A stretch of 64,000 nucleotides of DNA from Epiperipatus broadwayi (taxonomy: Eukaryota > Animalia > Onychophora), in NCBI GenBank assembly GCA_028023455.1, contig JAQFVV010000010.1, forward strand, positions 1,674,001 to 1,738,000. The letters are read 5' to 3'. This document shows positions 56,082 to 64,000 of the stretch, in pieces; the first letter of the stretch is position 1, and each line of letters begins with the position of its first letter. The notes beneath the pieces are model-generated. The model saw only the letters and a list, made by a program, of their open reading frames with translations. It searched no databases and had not been told where the DNA came from. The position numbers were made by a program, and so were the translations under genes.

Positions 56082-59000
56082 GTGCAGCCAAACAAGGTGG
56101 CACTGTTAAATAATAATATTCATGAATTTGATATTAATAATGCATCGGGTTGGAAAATTTATGTTGAACACAATAAAAGTTACATGTTTATTAATAAAAT
56201 TGATGATGAAAAAGTTAAAGTTGCAACACTTATGTGGTTTTCAGGAAAAGATGTCCTACAAGTGGCAAACCAACTCTGTGATTCCAAATCCCATGAAGAA
56301 GTACCATATCAGGAGCTAAAGAAGATCTTAACTGCTTATTTTAAACCAGAGATGTCTAAATGAATGTTATGCCTTAGATTCAGAAATAGAGAGTAGTTAT
56401 CTCAAGAAAAATATTAAGACTATAATAAAGCATTAAAGATATTATTTAAAAAATGAAGGACAATAAATTCAGGAAAATTCTACTGAGTGAGCCAGACTTT
56501 AATTATATGTTCATGATTGGAAAATGTTGAAAAACACTATGGAATTTCAAGCAACTATATACTTGGATAAAACTTCTAAACAAAAGAGTAACTGACAGAT
56601 AGAACCACAGGAGAACAAAAGATGTTTTAATAAATTATTACAGTGGTGAGAAAGACTACATGGAAAAAAATTGTAAATATGAAAGGGGGAAATGTTGTGT
56701 TTAAATTAATTGGACATTTTTCATGTGTGTGTTGGAATAAAGACAAAAATATTAAAATCAGGCTAAGTTTGGAATGTAAATTGGGGTGAGAAAGTGTAAA
56801 AAGTAAAAATATTGGTCAGAAAATAAATGATACCTTGCTGGACATTAATATCTGTGAACAAAATATTAATATGGAAGTAGATAGTGGAACTTACTTATTC
56901 TTAATGTCACAGAATGACTGGTCTGAAATTACTGGAAAGTATAAAAGGAAATTGATGCTAGAGAAAACCAACATGGAATATGCAACAAAGTTACAGTACA
57001 AATTAAAATTAACTCCAAAGTTAAATTTCTACTAGTTTATGTAGTTAATAGAGACTTTAGTACTACATTGATTAGAAATTGATTTAGATCATTGGGAATT
57101 CATATTAAAATCATTAAAAAAGTGCAGCTGAAATCAGAGGTCTGTAAAAAGTACCCACAATTGTTTTTTTTTGTGTGTGTGTGTGTCAAAGCATCGGCCA
57201 GGAAGCAAACCCGGGACAACTGCTTGTAAGGCAGCTGTGCTGACCACTCAGCCGCAAATGCTTGACAAGTACCCACAATTGTTTAAGTCAGTATTTACAG
57301 AGTTAGTAAAACAGTCAGCTGATTTTGAACTTGTGAAGGATGTCAAGCCAAATATGTGCAAACATTGTAAAGTCCCATTTTTTTTATAACCCAGGGTAGA
57401 AGAGATTATTAATAATTTTTGAATAAAGGGATATTTTAACACTGATGGAAAAAATCATCATGGGCTATGCCAGTCATAATTAGAATAAAGCTATATAAGA
57501 CCATTAGACTGTGGTGATCTAAAGGGAACTTTCCCTATTTCAAGTGAGCATTAAATATTAGCATTGCTGCAGAAGGTCTTTCATTTGTGAAAATCAATTT
57601 AAAGTCTGCTTTCACCAAATTTCTGTAATAGGTATAATGACATAAATGTTGACCATTAATATTCATCTGAGATTATTCAAATGCAACATGCTACCTTATG
57701 GAATAATTGTTGCATGAAATGTGTTTTCAGGATAAGATGGATAACTGATTTCAAGGAATGGAATGAATTATTCCTTTGCTTGGATAATGTTTTAATTATT
57801 ATCAAAACAAAGCATGAGTTGGCAATACATATATTTGAAGTTTGATCTAAGCTAGCAAAAATTGGTGCAAGGCTAGACACTCTAAATACATTTAGACTAT
57901 AACGTTTTTAAAACATGTTATTAATCAAAAGGAAAAATATCCAAATCCAGAAAAGGTCAAAGTGAAAAATAATGTTTCACTACTAATGAATGTGAATGAT
58001 TTACAGGTGTTTTAAGCTTACTTAATTTTTTCAAAAGTCACATGAAAGGCAAATCACACATGTTGTAACACCTTTGTACCAATAGGTTAAAGAGAGACAA
58101 TGATGGAAATAAAATGAAGTGTATGATAAGACTTGTTAACTTCCAGTCAAATCCTTCTACATTATTGCAATAATCAGGAGGTGATAATAACATTCTAAAT
58201 ATGGAGTAGGGGCTTTCATTTTACACCATTGCTATGGAGGAAAATGTCCAACAGCATACACACCAAGAACATTAACAGCTAATGAAAAAAATTATAATCA
58301 GCTTGACAAGATAGCTCTGACCATAGTCTTTGTTATTAAAAAGTTCCATCAATATGTGTATGAACATGAATTTAAAATTTACGTAGACTGTTATCCATTG
58401 TTAGGAATTTTTGGAAAATTTAAGAAAACCCCTGAACATGTGATCAAGCATATGACTCATTAGATTAATCTATTAGCTGATTATGTCTATGAACTCATTT
58501 GTAAGTTAGGTAAAAAAAATAGTCGTGTAAATGTCCTATCATGTTTAACATATTCATGCAAATTTGAACACAAGTTACTGAAATAAATGATATAGATTCT
58601 TTGAAATCTAAAGTGCTGAATAATTTGATGGCTGCTAAATGGACTAAAAATGATCCTGGATGCAAAATACCAGAGAAATGGATAAAATATGGATGGCCAA
58701 AAAATCAAATCAACTATGTAGAGAGGCTGATTTGGAAGATAAGTGAAAGCTTGTCAACATGTATTGGTTATATGCCTATGACCAGTTGTATACTTATAGC
58801 AATGGAAGGCTAAAAGCAAGTACTTTGATTAAGTTGTAATGATCATCCAGGAGTAATCAGAATTAAAGCATTATCAAGGGGCCATCACTATGATGGTTTT
58901 AATATGAGGGGGGAATGAGCAAATGGCAAATAATTGCACAGGATGTCAATCTACTATAAACTTGCCTCCAAAAAGGTTGGAAGTCTGGCAAAAGTCTGTG

Positions 59001-59300
59001 TAATCCTGGAAAAGTCTACACATGGACCATGCTGGCTCCATGAATGGCTACATTTTTTTGATCATCACAGATTTATATTCAATTTGATGAAGTATAAATT
59101 CAGAAAAAAATATTAGTGCTGATTATATTAGGAGAATCTGAAATTTTTTTTTTACAAATCATGAATATTCTGAACTTTTATGACTGATAATGGAACTTAT
59201 TTTGTATCATAACGGTTCAAAGATTATTTGTTTGACAAGAGATATGTCAAATTTTAACACCACTCTATCACTCTGAGTCAAGAAAAGATAGTCCAACAGC
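56082..59300 (+). mobile_element. Degenerate Ty3/gypsy element (gag, PR, RT, RNase H, IN)
   Basis: gag FDINNASGWKIYVE..FINKI..KVATL; NMEVDSGT; KYPQLFKS; CLDNVLI; YVYEHEFKI.VDCYPLLGIFG; HPGVIR.KAL; DNGTYF. Confidence 0.9.
57167..57266 (-). mobile_element. tRNA-Val(TAC)-derived short SINE (family S2) inserted in gypsy pol
   Basis: Cloverleaf-like 57191-57261 with anticodon arm GCTGC-cTTACAa-GCAGT; (CA)nAn tail; perfect 18-bp TSD aagtacccacaattgttt (57149-57166 and 57267-57284). Confidence 0.85.
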
Positions 59301-60988
59301 TCAAATTTACATGACACCTTTAATAAATTATTAATGTATGTTATGTTTTTTCAACATTTCACATTTTTTACATCAACAAAGAAAAATATGGTGGAAATGT
59401 TAAGGTGGTGAATTTTTCACACACATGTTTTATGTTATTATCAAGAAAAAATATGATTGGAGAAAACTTTATAGACTGAGAAAAATTTAAAATCAGAGAA
59501 TTAGTTTGGATATGAGACATTTTAAGAAATAAATGATTTCCTGGAGTTATGTTAAAAGTATTGTCTAGACAAGTGAAGTTAATTCATTTGGATAATGAAA
59601 AGTGATTAAAGAACCATCCTAATTCATTTATGTACTCACCAGATAAAGCTATCAGTATCACAAAATTTCAAAATTAAACCAAATACATTTTCCCAGGTTA
59701 AGATTGGCTCCAAATTTTTCTAGCCTTTCACATATTTTATTCAATGTTTTCTAGCCTTTCACATATTATATTCAATTTACTTTGCAGTGTTTTCTCAGAT
59801 TCTGCCATCATGAGTATATCATAAAAATATGACATCACTCCACCCATTTCTCCTAATAACTCATCTATCTTCATTTGGTATTTATTTGGGACAATGGCTA
59901 CTCCTTTGTGTGTGTTGCTGTAGTTAGAAGTGCAGCTATTTCTTTCACCACTGGTACTTGATGAAATGTGCCATTGAAATTCAGATTTGTGAAATACTTT
60001 GCTACATCTAGGCCAGCTGGCATCTCTCTGACATTCAGCATGGGATATATATTTTTAGCTATACACTTGTTCATAGTCAACCTATAATCTTCACATGTGT
60101 GGATTTGTCCATTCTGTTTAGTTATGATGACTACATGTGTAGACAATTCTGCATCTTCCACAGGTATCAATATCCATCAATTCATTTAATGCCTCTTTTT
60201 TCTGTGATTTCTCTGCAAAAGTTATCTTCTTTGGCTTGCAATTGATTGGTTTTATATCTTCTTGAATCTCAATTTCAACTGGCTTGGTGTTAATTTTTCA
60301 TTGGTCCACCATAAAAATTAAAGGAATTTAACCTTTATTTCCTTTTCAACATTTACTTAATTTGCATGCTTATTTTAATCCTTAAAGAAAGCAAACCATT
60401 CTCTACATATTATGAATGCTACATTACTTTTAATTATATATAGATTTAGTTTTTTCCGGTGGCTATTTATGGCTGCCATTACTTTTACTACAATAATATT
60501 AATGAGATTTCCATTTACATCTTTCACTTTTAGCTCTGTTTTTTTTACTCTTGGTTGGTCTTTGATTTTTTTTTACTTAACCAGGCCAGTACCTTTATAA
60601 TATGATAGATAGCCCAGCACCACTGTTTATCTTCATTTGTATGAGTTTATCACATATATGTATTACTAACATTATTTGATGCCAGTTATTTATCTTTGCT
60701 TTATTTTGATAAAACTTTCTGATAGTAAATCAGTTCCTAACTTTGCTTTTTGAAGATTTTTTATTTATTCCTATTTAAACTTTAGCTTGGGAGACCTTTG
60801 CTAGGTGGCATATCTTTTCACAGTTGATGTATTATGTAGTTTTCCAGATGCATTCACTCTTGACATCGTAGCATTTGATTTTCCCTTTTTGTGACCTTTC
60901 TGTATTGCTTGCCTTAAAGATTGTAGTCTGTTTTGAATCATCTATGTTAGATTGTTGAAACTCTTTAGAGTTTTTTAATATTAACTCA

Positions 60989-62237
60989 AAATTTTTTAGT
61001 AAATAGTATCTTAGAGAAATGTAACAAAACAGAGTATATACATAAATGTATGTTAAATAAGCTTTAAATTTATAAAGTTAGCAAAATTTGGCTAGTGCAC
61101 TTTCAACTAATTAATTGTATTAGTCATAGTCATGGCATCGATGGTGGAAAGAAAACTGTGGGGCTTATTAAGCAGATGAGTATAAGTAATTAGCATATAT
61201 GAATGACAAATTAATTATTTAAATTGGACATTTTCCCAAAAGAGAGATGCAGGAGCTTTTTAGTTAATCACATATTTGTCTCTGGCAATATGTCAGGCCT
61301 CTTTCACTTTGGATTTGGCATCATTGCTTTCAGAGCAGACCATATTAGTCACTGTAGGCTCAAAGGTGTGTCCAGAGCTGGATGCATGTTCATAAAAAAT
61401 TGAGCTCATATCAGTTTGAGTTTTGGCATAGTTATGTAGGTACTAGTGTTGCACTATTTAGTGTACAGGTTGCCATGCAACATTGTATATAAAAACAATT
61501 TTGATTCAAACTGTTTAAGATTTTTATTTCAAATACAAAGGCCCTCCTTTGACAGTCAACAATAAACCCTGAACATCATTACCTTACATCCCTGGAAACA
61601 ACCATCACATTATTAAAATCTGCTCCTTAACTCATTAAATATACCTTCACACCCCTCTCATACTTAATTGGCTTATCAACAATACAAAAGATATTCTGCC
61701 CCTAAATCAAAAATCACAAATAGTATACAAAATCACATGCACCCACACTAACTTCCATGCTGTATATTATGAGGAACCACATGCAAACAAGGTCACCTGA
61801 ATTGTGCAATATCAGTACCTATATAACCATGCCTAAACTCAAACTAATACTAGATCAATTTCTTATGAACATGAATTGATCTCTGACACACCTTTGAGCC
61901 TATATCTGCTAGTGTGGTCTTCTCCTAACACAATGATCCCAAATGCAAGTAGAGAGTAGCCTGGCATCTTGTCAGAGACAAATATGCAATTAACAAAAAA
62001 GATTTCTGGGACTCCTTTAAAAAAAAGGCCAACTTAACCACCAACTAATATGACATTCAAATGTGCTAATTACTTGTTTTTATCTCTTTAATAATCCTCA
62101 CAGTTTTTTTACTACCATCAATGCCATGACTATGTCTAGTACAATTAGTTGTCAAATGTGCATTAGGAAAATTTTGCTAACTTTACAAATTTAAAGCTTA
62201 TCCATATAAAATTTATAGATATACTCAGTTTTGTTAG
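60989..62237 (+). mobile_element. PLE 3' fragment with an upstream inverted copy of its own 3' end
   Basis: KSQIVYKITCTHTN..AVYYEE at about 61715-61790; 61022-61480 is the reverse complement of 61775-62237; 10-bp TSD tattaactca (60979-60988 and 62238-62247). Confidence 0.8.
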
Positions 62238-62350
62238 TATTAACTCATAGATCATGCCTCTTTTAATTGCATGTGGATATGGTAGGACTGAGATAGTTAA
62301 TAACTATTGTCAAAGTCTGTTATTGCTCATCCCTCACAAAAATTGTTCTA

Positions 62351-63406
62351 AACAGACAAAATTCTCCATACAGTAGTGCCACTCAGTGCAAGCCAGAGTA
62401 ATCAATGGATGCCAGAAGGCTTGTGCATAAAATCCTTATCTAGTGCCTACTTATCCAATATCCCCAGACTAGTTTCTGGCTTATGGCCTTTGTCACTGAG
62501 GAGCTTTGGATCTGAAGAGCACTGCACTTAGATCTTAGGATCTAATGCAACCCTCCAGCAGGCACCTTTACTTAACTACAAAACTATGAAAATATATGAC
62601 AATATAAGCTAATGAGCTTAGATTGAAAATATTGTGTTTTCAATTTTATTCATATAGTTTTGTAGTTAAGTAGAGATAAAAGGTGGCTGCTGGAGGGTTG
62701 CATTAGATCCTAAGATCTAGGTGCAGTGCTCTCAGATCCAAGGCTTCTCATTGATGAAGGCCACAAGCCAGAAACTAATCTGGAAATATTGGATGAGTAG
62801 GCACTAGATAGGGATTTTATGCACAAGCCTTTTGGCATCCATTGATTACTCTGGCTTGCACTGAGTACCACTACTATATGGAGAATTTTGCCTGTTTTAA
62901 TAACAGTTATGAGCAAGCATAAGAAATGGTGATTATGTGCTGTTTAGTGGTTTAATATTAATCCTGCCTAATAGGATAGTGGTGGCTATGGTTATTAAAG
63001 AACCAAAGACTCCAAAATGTATGGGTACTGAACTGAGTTCAGACCTATATAACTATATAAGCTAATAAGTTTGGATTAAAAATATTATTGTGTTTTCAAT
63101 TTTATTCTCATAGTTTTGTAGTTAAGTAGAGAGAAAAGGTGTTTGCTGGAGGGTTGCATTCGATCCTAAGATGTAGGTGGAGTGCTCTCAGATCTAAAAC
63201 TCATCACTGACAAAGGCCACAAGCTAGAAACTAGTCTGGGGATATTGGATGAGTAGGCACTAGTAGGAGTTTTATGCACAAGCCTTCTGGTGTCCATTGA
63301 TTACTCTCTTGCAGTGAGTGGCACTATTGTATGGAAAGTTTTGTCTGTTTTAATAACAGTTATGAGCAAGCTTAGTAAGTGGTGATCATGTGATGTTTGG
63401 TGATTT
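62351..63406. mobile_element. F1 element: one inverted arm plus two tandem HHR-containing units (period 456 bp)
   Basis: 13-bp TSD aaaaa(t/c)tgttcta (62338-62350 and 63407-63419); HHR motifs at about 62460-62502 (minus), 62745-62786 and 63201-63242 (plus). Confidence 0.85.
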
Positions 63407-64000
63407 AAAAACTGTTCTAGCAATGCTTCCTCTAAGTAGTCCCCATGCACCCAATTTCTTACCAAGTCACACAAAACAGTATTGAAATCTCTGCAACTTT
63501 TATCTCTTACTTAGCTTCTTTTCACTAATGAAAGTGAACTATATACTTTGATGATTCAGGATTAAATTGGTAAGGTGCTTGACTAATTTTATATATGACA
63601 GACTTTTGTGATATTCAGGTTTGCGTAGCTGGTTTGCAACCTCAATTGTTTTTGATCCTCTTAATAGGAGTAGTGCTATATGTTTTATATAAATGGGCCA
63701 TTCAGAGGGAGTATTAATTGTCCAAATTCCCCTATCCCTAACCGTTCTCTTGCCATATTCCTCACTAAGAGTTTGTCTATCCACAGTTTAATCTATTTGA
63801 AAACTGTCTAGCTTTTAATTTAATGCACTGATTATTTGTGCTCTGACAATCTCAATACAAATTGTTACTATGTTCTCCACTCAACTGTCCAACTGTTCCA
63901 ATTATTATGTTATATTTAGACTTGCCAATATAATTAAAGCAATTATGACTATATTTAAGAGTATGAATCAAATAACATTATAAATAAAAAAGATCCTCAG

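Larger units (their letters stand above)
59780..63800 (-). mobile_element. Degenerate Ty3/gypsy element (gag to RT), tail-to-tail with the 56-59 kb element and split by two insertions
   Basis: gag ORF 63539-63784; ALLEQFL.GMSNNRL across 62260-63440; CINCEKI.HLAKV; QMKINSGAGLSII; RT ORF 59898-60170. Confidence 0.85.

Noticed and set aside
57191-57261. Functional tRNA-Val gene
   Set aside because: T-loop mutated (TTTGCT), acceptor mismatches, and TSD plus tail show it is a retroposed copy

Overview
Very AT-rich, CpG-depleted animal (probably invertebrate) genomic DNA, mostly decayed and nested transposons. These sit in and around the very large introns of one minus-strand host gene. Three exons are visible: a signal-peptide exon (53904-54050), an 892-bp acidic exon rich in N-glycosylation sites (29923-30814) and a 123-bp exon (2176-2298). 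Repeats include several degenerate Ty3/gypsy elements, RTE- and L1-like LINE fragments, a pogo remnant, tRNA-derived SINEs, a ~1-kb TA-target MITE, a partial tandem duplication (24.2-36.6 kb) and a ~7-kb near-spacerless palindrome (44.7-51.8 kb). The most interesting signal is hammerhead-ribozyme (HHR) biology. First, a non-coding retrozyme/pLTR-like family has a ~456-nt unit carrying a minimal type-I HHR. It inserts as inverted plus tandem copies with 12-14-bp target-site duplications, at 4 clear loci and 2 collapsed footprints. Second, Penelope-like elements (PLEs) carry HHR-like motifs with an apparent A3-U8 covariant core. All calls were made by eye. Coordinates of decayed elements are approximate and identities are rough estimates, not computed.
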